Of a stretch of 64,000 nt of DNA, positions 41,701-51,204 are shown piece after piece (position 1 is the stretch's first letter; each line of letters opens with the position of its first letter). Origin of the DNA: Lachnospiraceae bacterium. Lineage in GTDB: Bacteria > Bacillota > Clostridia > Lachnospirales > Lachnospiraceae. The stretch covers positions 530-64,529 of the forward strand of contig JAIKYA010000090.1 in the NCBI GenBank assembly GCA_024683645.1, read 5' to 3'. The notes beneath the pieces were generated by a model, which saw only the letters and a list, made by a program, of their open reading frames with translations, searched no databases and was not told the origin of the DNA. A program made the position numbers and the translations under genes.

Positions 41701-44076
41701 ATCGCTAAAGGCCAGATTTCCGACCTTCCCGTCTATCCACTCATTGCCCAGTCCGTTTTTCAGAAGTACCGGTCCGTTATAATTTGTATATTCACGATCC
41801 TTATTTGCCTCAATAAGATCATCCAGTTTTTTAAGCACTTCCACATCTTTCTTTTCCGTCACATTTCCCATAAGGGCTTTTTTTACTCCTGCTCTAAGCC
41901 CCTTCACTCCCTTCTTTGTCTGCGGCAGTACCTCTGTCACTTTAGAATCCGGAAATACCTGCATATAAGCTTCCGCACACTCCGCAAGATACGTTTCATC
42001 GATCACCGGCTCATATTCCGCATTTACATCATAAAAGTCTTCTGCCTCCGTTTTTTCCTCTGCCGCGCTGCCGCTTATCTCATTGATGAGCACCTTTTCC
42101 CTGGAAGTCGGATCCTTAACGAGCGTAAGCATTTCCACAGCCTGCTTAAACAGAGGATCATTGCTGTCACGAAGACCCAGCATGATATCGAGAGCCGCTG
42201 TCACTTTCTCCTCTTTACTGTCCGACAAAAGACGTTTAAGCATCTTAAGCATATCTTCCGCTTCTCTTGTCTTCAAAAAACTGATCACATTATTACGAAG
42301 ATCCTCTTTCTTAAGACGCAGCATCCCTTCAAGCCTGTCATAACACCTCTCCGGAAGTCTTCCCGCGGGTGCTGCGATCTCAGCATCAAACCCGCTGCGG
42401 TCTGCCTCCAGTTCCTGTTTCAAAAGTTCATTTGCCGCATTTCTCGTATAGGTTTCCGCATCTGCGATCTCATCCGTAAGGGCATCCAGAAGTTCCGGCG
42501 TATCCGGCTCTCTCAGCAGCAGTTCCATTGAGTTTTCACGATCACTGCCGTAACCGGCAACCGATATCTCCTTTAGCATTGCCGCAGCCCCGGCCATGAG
42601 TTTTTTATCCTTTAACGCGCTCGCACAATACACGATGCGGCTTACGACAGCAGAACGGCTTAAGTTTTCCTCATTCCAGGGAAAAACACAGGGGTTGAAC
42701 TCGCAGCCCTTCTTCGGTACTTCTTCAAGCAGCTCCATAAGCAGCTCATGATATTCCCTGCATTCTTCCTCACTTGCAAAGAACTCATCCCACTGAACAA
42801 AACCCCTCTTTTTGTATGTTTCATTTTTATTATAACGGGATACCATTCCATCGGAGATAGCCGCTCTCACTCTCTCGCGGTAAGTACGCATAAAGATGTG
42901 CATCAGCAGTGCAAGTACCTCTTTATCATCACGGTATTCTTTCAGCATGCGGTTCACAAGCGCATTCTTATCCGCATAGGGCACATTCGTATATGCCATA
43001 AAATAACATGCTGTGAGTCTCTGATGACGGCTTCCTTCAAGACACAGTTTCTCTGCCCGGTCCAGCGCCTTGTCTATATCCGCAAAACCTGTAGCCCACA
43101 GCCCCAGATATATCTGCATACTGTCTTCGGTCTTAAGCATCTCTTCAATCCTGCCTTCATCCGCAAGAGCCTGCCTTATCAGTTCCAGATGCTTATTGCT
43201 TATCCTGTCCATATCTTTGACATCCGCATAACCAAGCCCCGTAAAAACATAAAACGCACGTTTTACTGAGGAGAAGCGGAGCAGATCATTCTCTGTTATG
43301 ATATTCAGCATATAACGGAAAGCTTCTTCCGTTCCGTAATCCATGTTCTCACAGATCGATTGTCTGAGTCCTTCGGAAAGTCTGGCAGCTATCAGCGTCT
43401 TACCGGCCATCTCAAACATCTTTTCGTTGTGACTCATCATGATGGCACGGATGTACTCCGTTCTCATCCTGCCCTCATCACGGTAAAAGATGCCTTCAAG
43501 TATGTCTTCAAGTTTTGCATCACCCTCATCGAGCTTTGCTGCGATATAATACATTCCGTCAAAGCCCCGGTACTCTCTGTCAAGATAAGCCCTCATGCGC
43601 TCATCCGCCCCTTCATATGTGATCATCGAATACGCATCGAGCTTGTAACTGCTGAGTTTCCGATAATCCAGCAGTATGTCTCCCATCCTTTCCATTCCGC
43701 GAAGGAGATTATTCCTGCTGCGGTAGGATCTTCTGGCATAACTGTTATAGTCTGACTGCCAGGTCGGGATACTGTCTATGCTTTTATAAAAATACGGAAG
43801 TAATTCCTGTGAAATATAAGTCTTGAATTTATCGATATGCTTCTTAAAGTATTCCGAAGGACTGTTGTTTTCCTTTAAGTGACTTATCAGCCCGTTCCGG
43901 AATCTATTATTCTTCATATCCAGATCAGGATATGCTCTGTAATAGTTTTTGAAATCTTCGCAATAGCGGATGTAATCCCGGATATCCGGATCAAGTGATC
44001 CGATCAGTGCTTCATCTGCATCCTTTAACTCTCTTTCCACCTCTGTGATGATCTTTCTGCGTTCCTGCTCGTCCAT
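38752..44076 (-). CDS. Large DUF4132-domain protein with helical N-terminal region
   Basis: C-terminal SKQFGAQRRASE, QPFKQIFRELY, FSEVMRDVD, YSVHLGSG motifs recalled for DUF4132; 1774 aa. Confidence 0.85.
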   Translation of the reverse strand: MDEQERRKIITEVERELKDADEALIGSLDPDIRDYIRYCEDFKNYYRAYPDLDMKNNRFRNGLISHLKENNSPSEYFKKHIDKFKTYISQELLPYFYKSIDSIPTWQSDYNSYARRSYRSRNNLLRGMERMGDILLDYRKLSSYKLDAYSMITYEGADERMRAYLDREYRGFDGMYYIAAKLDEGDAKLEDILEGIFYRDEGRMRTEYIRAIMMSHNEKMFEMAGKTLIAARLSEGLRQSICENMDYGTEEAFRYMLNIITENDLLRFSSVKRAFYVFTGLGYADVKDMDRISNKHLELIRQALADEGRIEEMLKTEDSMQIYLGLWATGFADIDKALDRAEKLCLEGSRHQRLTACYFMAYTNVPYADKNALVNRMLKEYRDDKEVLALLMHIFMRTYRERVRAAISDGMVSRYNKNETYKKRGFVQWDEFFASEEECREYHELLMELLEEVPKKGCEFNPCVFPWNEENLSRSAVVSRIVYCASALKDKKLMAGAAAMLKEISVAGYGSDRENSMELLLREPDTPELLDALTDEIADAETYTRNAANELLKQELEADRSGFDAEIAAPAGRLPERCYDRLEGMLRLKKEDLRNNVISFLKTREAEDMLKMLKRLLSDSKEEKVTAALDIMLGLRDSNDPLFKQAVEMLTLVKDPTSREKVLINEISGSAAEEKTEAEDFYDVNAEYEPVIDETYLAECAEAYMQVFPDSKVTEVLPQTKKGVKGLRAGVKKALMGNVTEKKDVEVLKKLDDLIEANKDREYTNYNGPVLLKNGLGNEWIDGKVGNLAFSDLWDDFYEKNMTPEQAVRIDLMYTSYYAYHSTVTGLAEHFRPFISNVLGGADPKYSGLKLRYPEHVRRILSHCCQNAGKALDGTRQKTAAFFAYYICNCKDSLVYEYKSDKETQQWTRRNMDKDKTYAFPFTNLPFVSRLLTGLSSDVRNFPIMYEFSEKVYRKMTALQTTEASYYARDKKLLYTPLLGDYICAVDAGYISRDFMYKKILGEDLLEDTLDKISSLICCVREADRSIATRQRYSNNAYKQRAALENLFKKKYDEIDLNGLSESDGRKLELAGECYENITPLVMDRELVRGDTETEYSRALRSMKRIYGLKYFVRILLALGNDTLDRSVYYYYYSYGNRGVSKKESLSHLLSVCIPDPKDGDEKEQAKQLKKLIKGTDIKEARLIEAGLYSPEWLPVINEYLGWKGFISGCYYFMAHMNEKFDNKRAAMIAKYTPLTEDELNTGAFDIDWFKEVYGLLGDKRFNEIYKAAKYISDGAKHTRARKYSDAACGKMDAKETEKQIEDKRNKDLLMAYALIPAKSNEIKKRYAFIQKFLKGSKQFGAQRRASEKAAAEMAVKNLAKASGYEDDTRFSLKMEREIASELLGFFKAHEVGEYSLYLEADGEGKVSLVAEKAGKILKSLPAAIKKDEYVLDIQEAKKTFTEQYRRTKQMLEEAMENETQYLAEEILDMSSDPVSGPIVNRLLYIQAEGDFIGFVSDIKDAGFKADERLLVAHPYQLFKAGRWHEFQKICFEKEIRQPFKQIFRELYIKTDDEMQQIRSERYAGNQINPKITVGALRNRRWIADAEEGLQKVYYKENLIATIYALADWFSPSDIEAPTLEWVAFYDRKSFKEKPISEIPDIIFSEVMRDVDMAVSVAHAGEIDPEMSHSTIEMRKAIAEFVIPMFKLKNVTFTDSHALIKGERGSYSVHLGSGVIHQEGGPMINVLPVHSQHRGRIFLPFVDDDPKTAEVLSKIIFFAEDQKIKDPYILDQLV

Positions 44077-44135
44077 ACATACCCCCTTTGCATCTTTTAC
44101 ATTTCCCCGACAGTTTCCTTAAGTTTCATACAGTT

Positions 44136-44570
44136 CTAAAACATCCTTCCCGCAAGCATAGCAAGCCGCACAAAAGTTATCTCGTCTCCGTCTTTTAAAC
44201 CCAGCTCCGTACCGTCTTCCGAATACTCCGCTTCCATGCCGTTTACGAATACTCTTACCATGCCGTCCGCATAGGCCTGCCACGCCGTGGCTATCGCCTT
44301 CTCTTCGTCCGGCTCTTTTTCATTCCAGATATCTCCGAAAGCTACCTTTCCCATCTCTGCCATGGCACTTAACTTTTCTTCCGTATAAACCCCGGTGGAC
44401 TGCCCTTCTTTAGCTGCCTTCAGCCTCTCGCGAAAATCCGCCACCATCAGCCTGACCGTCTCTTCGATCAGCTGCCTGACCGTTTCCGGACATCTTTCAT
44501 AATGAAGAAGCTTAGGCATTATGTGCCTCCCCTTCTTTCCCGGCTGTTTCACCTGAATATTCAGATCCAT
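44136..44570 (-). CDS. Hypothetical protein with ubiquitin-like (MoaD/ThiS-type) C-terminus
   Basis: VRVFVNG...LKDGDEITFVRLAMLAG resembles the beta-grasp C-terminal pattern; 59 bp upstream of the DUF4132 gene. Confidence 0.65.
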   Translation of the reverse strand: MDLNIQVKQPGKKGRHIMPKLLHYERCPETVRQLIEETVRLMVADFRERLKAAKEGQSTGVYTEEKLSAMAEMGKVAFGDIWNEKEPDEEKAIATAWQAYADGMVRVFVNGMEAEYSEDGTELGLKDGDEITFVRLAMLAGRMF

Positions 44571-44615
44571 ATCTTCCTCTTTAACGGCAACATATATAAA
44601 ACGTGTAACAAGATG

Positions 44616-44645
44616 ATTATACTATGCCCGTACCTCATATATCAA
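44616..44645 (-). promoter_or_regulatory. Promoter of Ubl-DUF4132 unit
   Basis: TTGATA-N18-TATAAT. Confidence 0.55.
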
Positions 44646-44809
44646 CCGAAAAAAAGCCTGCTTTTCTTCAGCTTTACTGTAACGTACTATTGACAATCCT
44701 TCCGATACGTTTATAGTTTAATCAGCAGCTGTATACCCGGTATGTATGTCGCATCGTGCGGCGCAGCATCATAACGTATGCAGCGGAATATCTATGATTT
44801 CAGAGGGAT

Positions 44810-45751
44810 ATGATCATGAAAAAAACGGACATAATCTGTATCGGAACTGCACTTGCGGACTCCATCATAAAAGGTTTTGATCCAAAACCCGTTTCAAAAA
44901 CGGGTTACCGGGCTGTTTCAGGTTCGCTGAACGTCGGAGGAGAAGCAGTCAATGAAGCAGCTACCGCAGTTAAACTCGGTATGAGAACAGCTGTAATGTG
45001 TTTTCTCGGCATAGATCCGGCCGGAGATATGATACTTCATTCCATGCAGGAGCTTAATATCGACACTTCTTTTGTCATCCGCGAAAAAGATCATCCCACT
45101 CCGGTCACTACCATGTTTGTAAACGATGACGGAAGCAGAAGATCCATCACCAATGAAGCTCACCGCTATAACTTTCATCCAGAAAAATACACGGACTGTT
45201 TCAGCGATACTAAAGCCATCATACTCGGCTCTCTTTTCCGCGCCCCTTTTAATGATCCGCAGATAATAAGTTCCGTGCTGAAAAAAGCAAAGGAAGCCGG
45301 TATCCTCGTTTTTGCAGACACCAAGCTTCCCAATTTCAATCCGCTCTCCCTTTCAGATATCAGGGACAGTCTTCCGCTTATCGATTACATAAGCCCCAAT
45401 GAAGATGAGGCTTCCTATTATACCGGTAAAAGTACTCCCGAAGAAATGGCTGACGTTTTTCTCGGCGGCGGCGTAAAAAACGTGATCATAAAACTCGGCA
45501 GCAAAGGCTGTTATTTCAGAAACAGCGAGATCTCCGTTCAACTGCCTGCCTGCAGGATCGATGCAGTCGATGCAACAGGCGCAGGTGACAGTTTTATTGC
45601 CGGCTTTGCCTCCGAGCTTTTAAGAGGAGCTTCCGACGTGGACGCTCTCAGCTTCGGAAACGCCTGCGGCGCAGTCTGCACCACGGCTGTAGGCGCCACC
45701 ACGGCTCTTAAGGACCGCAGTCAGGTACTCGATATGCTGTCACGGCAGTGA
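44810..45751 (+). CDS. PfkB family carbohydrate kinase
   Basis: GGEAVN, PNEDEA, KLGSKG, DATGAGDSF. Confidence 0.92.
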   Translation: MIMKKTDIICIGTALADSIIKGFDPKPVSKTGYRAVSGSLNVGGEAVNEAATAVKLGMRTAVMCFLGIDPAGDMILHSMQELNIDTSFVIREKDHPTPVTTMFVNDDGSRRSITNEAHRYNFHPEKYTDCFSDTKAIILGSLFRAPFNDPQIISSVLKKAKEAGILVFADTKLPNFNPLSLSDIRDSLPLIDYISPNEDEASYYTGKSTPEEMADVFLGGGVKNVIIKLGSKGCYFRNSEISVQLPACRIDAVDATGAGDSFIAGFASELLRGASDVDALSFGNACGAVCTTAVGATTALKDRSQVLDMLSRQ

Positions 45752-45775
45752 CCGCTTTTGTACATACGTAAGCCC

Positions 45776-45970
45776 TCATTCCTCCCAGAACAGCTCATCC
45801 AGAGTCTTTCCGAGCGCCTTGCAGATGGCCCTGCAGAGATTTATCGTCGGGTTGTAATCACCTTTTTCTATCGCATTTATAGTCTGCCTTGAGACCCCTA
45901 CCTTATCGGCCAGATCCTGCTGCGACATATCCATTCCCGCTCTTGCGGCTTTCAATCTCAGATTTTTCAT
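45776..45970 (-). CDS. XRE/Cro HTH regulator
   Basis: SQQDLADKVGVSRQTINAIEKGDYNP. Confidence 0.92.
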   Translation of the reverse strand: MKNLRLKAARAGMDMSQQDLADKVGVSRQTINAIEKGDYNPTINLCRAICKALGKTLDELFWEE

Positions 45971-45981
45971 AGCCGCCTCCT

Positions 45982-47061
45982 TCAATCTTCATCTTCTTCA
46001 TCCGTCTCTTTTGCCGTGCTTATCTTTTTCAGCAGCACCACAACAAAGACTTCGATGAACATGACGGCACATACTGCATTGAGCACATTTAATCCGAGCC
46101 TGCCGTTTACGATCATACTGCCGTCACAGATCGAAGCAACAGCTATTATCAGATTGACGGCTCCTATGATACCGAACATTCCCAGCAAGGCACCCGTTTT
46201 ATCCTTAAGAGAGAAATACGCCTCGTGCCAGATGCTGTATGCCAGGAACACCATAAGTCCCGGGTATATAGAAGCTGCACACAGCACGTAGCCCTGCACC
46301 GGCAGCAATTCCAGCAAGTCGATCGCGATGGCCAGGAAAATGCTGCCCATGATCGTGAAAAATCCCAGGCGGTATGCCTTCCCTCTCTCCAGCCGCTGAC
46401 GCTCGTCATAATCTTCTTTCTTATTCAGGCCGGAAAGGAATACCGTGAGTACAAGCAAAAAAAGGATGATAAGGAATACCCATATTGAAACAAGCGGTTC
46501 GCTGCCTGCTGTCTGCCTGCTCATATAATAGTGCATATTTATCACGGCATCTCCGCCGTAGCTGCCGAAGCCCACATCATCCGCAAGCCTTGCAGCATCT
46601 CTTGCAGCACAGACATTCTCCTTAGCAAATTCAATGAAGCTGTCACGGTCAGTAAAGAAAGTATACTCTGAGCTGTACTGTCCTGCTTTAAGCTCTATGA
46701 CCGTGTCGGCAAATACATACCCGGCACAGGTTGAAAACACCTGATCCCCGTTGCTGTCAAATATCTGATATACCGTTTCGAAATGTACGTCAGATATATT
46801 TATATCCTCAAGCTTATTCCTGTCTGCCCCCTCCGGCATCCATCCGTATCCGAGCCTGTAACTGCCGTCTTTATCTATCGTAAAGTCCGATGTAAGCTTT
46901 TCCGGCGTGACTGCTCCGTCCTTAACCGTGATCTCTCTGTTCCATTCTGACTTCGAATAGCCGTTGTTCAATGCCCCTTTCGGAAAGTTGAAGGGCAGGA
47001 TGATGATCCCGAGTAACAGTACGGCCATCATACAGATCAAAACCACATTCTTCTTTTTCAT
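45982..47061 (-). CDS. Membrane protein (extracellular domain plus DERQ-motif multi-TM domain)
   Basis: N-terminal TM; YDERQ...G followed by four TMs; coupled to the XRE gene. Confidence 0.7.
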   Translation of the reverse strand: MKKKNVVLICMMAVLLLGIIILPFNFPKGALNNGYSKSEWNREITVKDGAVTPEKLTSDFTIDKDGSYRLGYGWMPEGADRNKLEDINISDVHFETVYQIFDSNGDQVFSTCAGYVFADTVIELKAGQYSSEYTFFTDRDSFIEFAKENVCAARDAARLADDVGFGSYGGDAVINMHYYMSRQTAGSEPLVSIWVFLIILFLLVLTVFLSGLNKKEDYDERQRLERGKAYRLGFFTIMGSIFLAIAIDLLELLPVQGYVLCAASIYPGLMVFLAYSIWHEAYFSLKDKTGALLGMFGIIGAVNLIIAVASICDGSMIVNGRLGLNVLNAVCAVMFIEVFVVVLLKKISTAKETDEEDED

Positions 47062-47645
47062 GACAGTGCCTCCTTAACACGTATGTTCTTTGCTTCGTTC
47101 CAGAAATTCTGGGGTATTCCTTTTATCACCATGATCGCGATCCCTGTCACGATCAGCAGCAGCGCTGCAACACTTACATATATCGGATCATAGCTCTGCG
47201 AAAAGTTAAAAAGAAATTTCGTAACATCATCTCCTGCCGGTGCATCACCGTTCATATACAGGATCGGCAGTATAACCCACGCCAGTAACGAAGCAGTCGG
47301 GACCAGGCTTATCATATACGAGATGATCCTGTAAAAAGTATTTGCCAGCGATCTCTTGTAAAACATCATATACACATATGAAAGTATAAGCGGAAGCAGC
47401 GCTCCGTTCGCATTCATCCACAGATCCGATGTGTTGGTATAGTCTCCCCCTACACTGCTAACATGAGCTCCAAAAATACTGAACTCCGTTATCGTGGCAC
47501 CGGCCGACAGCATGACTATCATATGGCCGCTTTCGTGTATCAGGATATATAAGAATAACTCTATCAGAGCCGCCGAGAATAAGCATCCTGCAAATCGTAC
47601 TCTTTCTTTCATGGTTTCTTTCATGGTTTTTCTCACTCCTTTCAT
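47058..47645 (-). CDS. M50 family membrane metallopeptidase
   Basis: HESGH (HExxH) within a TM; distal GDD. Confidence 0.8.
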   Translation of the reverse strand: MKGVRKTMKETMKERVRFAGCLFSAALIELFLYILIHESGHMIVMLSAGATITEFSIFGAHVSSVGGDYTNTSDLWMNANGALLPLILSYVYMMFYKRSLANTFYRIISYMISLVPTASLLAWVILPILYMNGDAPAGDDVTKFLFNFSQSYDPIYVSVAALLLIVTGIAIMVIKGIPQNFWNEAKNIRVKEALS

Positions 47646-47672
47646 GATCCTGCTTTTCCTTCATTGAAAATG

Positions 47673-47701
47673 ATGATAGCACCCGCCTTACATTCTGTCA
47701 A
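47673..47701 (-). promoter_or_regulatory. Promoter of M50/XRE operon
   Basis: TTGACA-N17-TATCAT. Confidence 0.65.
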
Positions 47702-47780
47702 GTATATTTTACATTTTGCCATTACTTTTTTATGACCTTTTTGTACCCCTGCCGCTGCTTGTGCGCAATATCCTTGCTTT

Positions 47781-47796
47781 CATGACATTTGTCATG
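47781..47796. promoter_or_regulatory. Putative response-regulator binding palindrome
   Basis: CATGACA-TT-TGTCATG about 90 bp upstream of the ABC exporter. Confidence 0.6.
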
Positions 47797-47882
47797 TCCG
47801 TTTTGTGACGCTCCGCACTTGCCGATCAGCTTCCATGCCTCCTATAATAGGCTCAACAAAGCTTACACGGGAGGTATATTTT

Positions 47883-48824
47883 ATGTCAGAGATACTTAAA
47901 GTTGAAGGTCTGGTAAAAAGATATAAAGAACTGATCGCTCTCGATCATCTGTCACTTAGTGTGAATAAGGGCGAGATCTTCGGACTTCTTGGTCCCAACG
48001 GTTCCGGCAAATCCACAAGCATCAACTGTATTCTTTCTCTTTTGGAATATGACAAAGGTTCCATTACGGTTTTCGGTAAGGAAATGAGCCCGAAGGCTTA
48101 TGATCTGAAAGCCGAGATAGGTATAGTTCCGCAGGAAGTTGCAGTCTATGACTCACTTACCGTATATGAGAACATCGATTTCTTCTGCGGTCTCTATATC
48201 AAAGACAGCGAAACAAGAAAACGTTATGTACGCGAAGCCATAGACTTCGTAGCCCTTAATGATTTTGTAAAATTCCGTCCCAAAAAACTTTCGGGCGGCC
48301 TGAAGCGCAGACTTAACATAGCCTGCGGAATAGCACACAAACCGAAGCTGATATTTTTCGACGAACCTACCGTAGCAGTCGATCCCCAGAGCAGAAATAA
48401 GATACTTGAAGGGATAATGGAGCTTCGGGACAATGGCGCTACCATAGTCTATACCTCACACTACATGGAGGAAGTTGAACAGATCTGTGACCGTATAGCC
48501 ATACTTGATAAAGGAAATATCATAGCACAGGGCACTATTGATGAACTGAGAAATATGATCAAGAAAAGCGAGATAATAACCATCGAAGCTGCCGGCCTTG
48601 ATGACGAAACTCTTGAAGCACTGCGCGGGCTAAGTAATATCTACAGTTTAAACTATAATGACAGCATCCTGAAGATCGAAGCCGGCGCCGGCAGGCACAA
48701 TGTCATAGACATCGTAAACATACTTCAGGAACGCGGATACAAGCTTAAAAAGATCTTTTCGGAACAGCCCACATTAAACGACGTATTCCTTGAACTTACC
48801 GGAAAAACATTAAGAGACGAATAA
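47883..48824 (+). CDS. ABC-2 exporter ATP-binding protein
   Basis: GPNGSGKS, LSGG, DEPTVAVDPQSR. Confidence 0.93.
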   Translation: MSEILKVEGLVKRYKELIALDHLSLSVNKGEIFGLLGPNGSGKSTSINCILSLLEYDKGSITVFGKEMSPKAYDLKAEIGIVPQEVAVYDSLTVYENIDFFCGLYIKDSETRKRYVREAIDFVALNDFVKFRPKKLSGGLKRRLNIACGIAHKPKLIFFDEPTVAVDPQSRNKILEGIMELRDNGATIVYTSHYMEEVEQICDRIAILDKGNIIAQGTIDELRNMIKKSEIITIEAAGLDDETLEALRGLSNIYSLNYNDSILKIEAGAGRHNVIDIVNILQERGYKLKKIFSEQPTLNDVFLELTGKTLRDE

Positions 48825-48837
48825 GAGGAGATAAAAA

Positions 48838-49998
48838 ATGTTCAGATACTATTTATTAAAAGCATTGCGCAATAAGAATTATCTGTTCTGGTGCATGATA
48901 TTTCCCCTGGTCATAATGCTCTGCATGAATGCAGCCTTCGGGAACATATATGATGCGGAAAACCGTATCGATCCCAAAAAGACCGTAGTGATCTGCGAAT
49001 CCGATTCATATTTTGCCACACACTTTGCGGAGCTGATCAACGAGTTTGCAAAAGAGGCTTCGGAACAGAAGTTTTTTGAACTTGTTAATGCAGACTCAGC
49101 CGGAAAAGGAAAAGAACTGTTACTGGACAGCAGCGCCGAGATCCTGTTTATCGCAACAGAAGACGATATAGAAGTATATCTGTCAGAGGACCACAGCATC
49201 ACCTCAGGTATAATCGCAAAGAGTGTAGTTGACAGATACAAAACAAGCTTTTTGCTTTTGAACGATCTGTATGAAAATGCCGAAAACGTGCCTGATGATG
49301 CCTTTGAAGAGATAGGGAAGGATCTCGAAAAGAAACTGACCTATACCGTTCAGGAAAAAGGTATCTTTTCAAACAGTCCCAATCCTTATACCTGGTATTT
49401 CTTCAGTACACTTGTAATGGGAATGTTCTTCAATGCGATGACCGGTGTGAACCTGGTATCGGATCTGAAAGCCGATGTTTCCGGCGAGGCCATGAGACTG
49501 TCCGTTTCTCCGGCCAAAAAAGGCAGGATGATCTTTTACGCCTTCATCGCCAGACTTATACCTTCACTTATGATCACGTTTATCCACCTGAGCATAATGA
49601 AGTTCGGATTTAAGATCCCTCTGGGCAGTGACCCGCTGCGACTGATCATCTTTGTAACTGTTGCCAATATCTTCTCCATATGCTTTGGTGTGATATGCGG
49701 CGTTATCTTCAAGGGTACCCTGGTATCCAGAGAGAACAAGACTACCGCCGTTCTTATGACATCGGTATTCATAAGCGGTGAGATGGTAGCCGAGCTTCCC
49801 GGGATCATAGAGAAAAACATACCGTTATTAAACGACATAAACCCGGCCACCGTTATGAACATGGCACTTTACAGACTGGCCATGTACAACAACACCTACG
49901 ACTTTTATCTCAACATGATCAAGCTGATCGCTGCATCCGTAATATTCTTAACCTATGGGGCGGTCATATTAAGGAGGGAAAAATATGCATCTGTATAA
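48838..49998 (+). CDS. ABC-2 exporter permease
   Basis: LFW..IFP, extracellular loop, five further TMs. Confidence 0.85.
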   Translation: MFRYYLLKALRNKNYLFWCMIFPLVIMLCMNAAFGNIYDAENRIDPKKTVVICESDSYFATHFAELINEFAKEASEQKFFELVNADSAGKGKELLLDSSAEILFIATEDDIEVYLSEDHSITSGIIAKSVVDRYKTSFLLLNDLYENAENVPDDAFEEIGKDLEKKLTYTVQEKGIFSNSPNPYTWYFFSTLVMGMFFNAMTGVNLVSDLKADVSGEAMRLSVSPAKKGRMIFYAFIARLIPSLMITFIHLSIMKFGFKIPLGSDPLRLIIFVTVANIFSICFGVICGVIFKGTLVSRENKTTAVLMTSVFISGEMVAELPGIIEKNIPLLNDINPATVMNMALYRLAMYNNTYDFYLNMIKLIAASVIFLTYGAVILRREKYASV

Positions 49999-51160
49999 AA
50001 ACTTCTTCAGACTGCTGAAACAGAACAGATCCGGTATCATCATCTACGGATGTATCTTCGTGATAATGCTCGTCCTGCTATGCGTGATCGCAGGATCATC
50101 CGGCTCCTCGGAAGGAGAGTTTAAAGAAACATATGATATAAGCTATATTGACAATGATGATTCCGTTTTAAGCCGCGGGCTCATAGCCTATCTTTCACAG
50201 AGCAACAATGTTCAGGATTACAGGGATAAATCCGAATCCGCCATTCTCGATCTGATATTCTTCGGAATAAGCGAATATCACATGACCATCGATAAAGGCT
50301 TCGGAGATCGCATAAACAAAGGCGAAGAAGCAAAGCTTCGTTACAATACTTCCTTTGACATGTCATCAACTGCTTTCGGTATAGATACGATGGTCAACAA
50401 CTATATCGGCATGTACAGGGACTACAGGCTGATGGGCTACGATGAAAATGCAGCAGCAGATGCGGCAGCCGCTCTTCTTTCAAATGAGACAACGATCAAC
50501 GTGCTCTCAAAAAAAGCTGATCCGGCCGGATCAGGCAATGAGCTTGTCGTATTCCAGATGAACCAGTTCTTCTGCTATCTGGCTCTCGGCTTCCTGGCTC
50601 TCGGTGTAGGTCATACCATAATAGCCAACAATGATGAGAACGTCGGAAGACGGATCGAAGCTTCATGTGTCAGCAGAAAGAGCGTCAGCCTTACAAACAC
50701 GCTGGGACTGATAACAGCAGGTATCTTTATATGGTTTATATTCATCATTATAAACATCGTCTTTGGACACGATACAGCTATACTTCATGATTACTGGTGG
50801 CTTATCCTCATAAACTCATTCGTTACCATGCTTACAGGCTGTTCCATAGCTTCACTGCTGACCTCGTTCAATATCAGCTCCAACAGCCTCTCCATGATCA
50901 CGAATATAGTTTCACTGTCCATGTGTTTTGCCTGCGGAGTTTTTGTCCCGCAGTGGCTCATAGGAGAAAACGTATTAAAGCTCGCCAGATTCATGCCCTT
51001 CTACTGGTCAGTATATGCCAACAACATGACCTACCCTCCTTCAGGAGTAGCCTTTGATCAGCACAGGCTTATCCTCTGTCTGGGAGTACAGGCACTCTTT
51101 GCGGTAGTAATAGCCCTCGCAGCGGCTTTCGTCAAATCATCAAGGCTTGGCAAGGTATGA
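49985..51160 (+). CDS. ABC-2 exporter permease
   Basis: FACGVFVP, ARFMPFYW; operon context. Confidence 0.85.
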   Translation: MHLYKNFFRLLKQNRSGIIIYGCIFVIMLVLLCVIAGSSGSSEGEFKETYDISYIDNDDSVLSRGLIAYLSQSNNVQDYRDKSESAILDLIFFGISEYHMTIDKGFGDRINKGEEAKLRYNTSFDMSSTAFGIDTMVNNYIGMYRDYRLMGYDENAAADAAAALLSNETTINVLSKKADPAGSGNELVVFQMNQFFCYLALGFLALGVGHTIIANNDENVGRRIEASCVSRKSVSLTNTLGLITAGIFIWFIFIIINIVFGHDTAILHDYWWLILINSFVTMLTGCSIASLLTSFNISSNSLSMITNIVSLSMCFACGVFVPQWLIGENVLKLARFMPFYWSVYANNMTYPPSGVAFDQHRLILCLGVQALFAVVIALAAAFVKSSRLGKV

Positions 51161-51204
51161 AATGCTAAATGGAGCATCATTCCATAATGTGATATAATAA
51201 CTTC

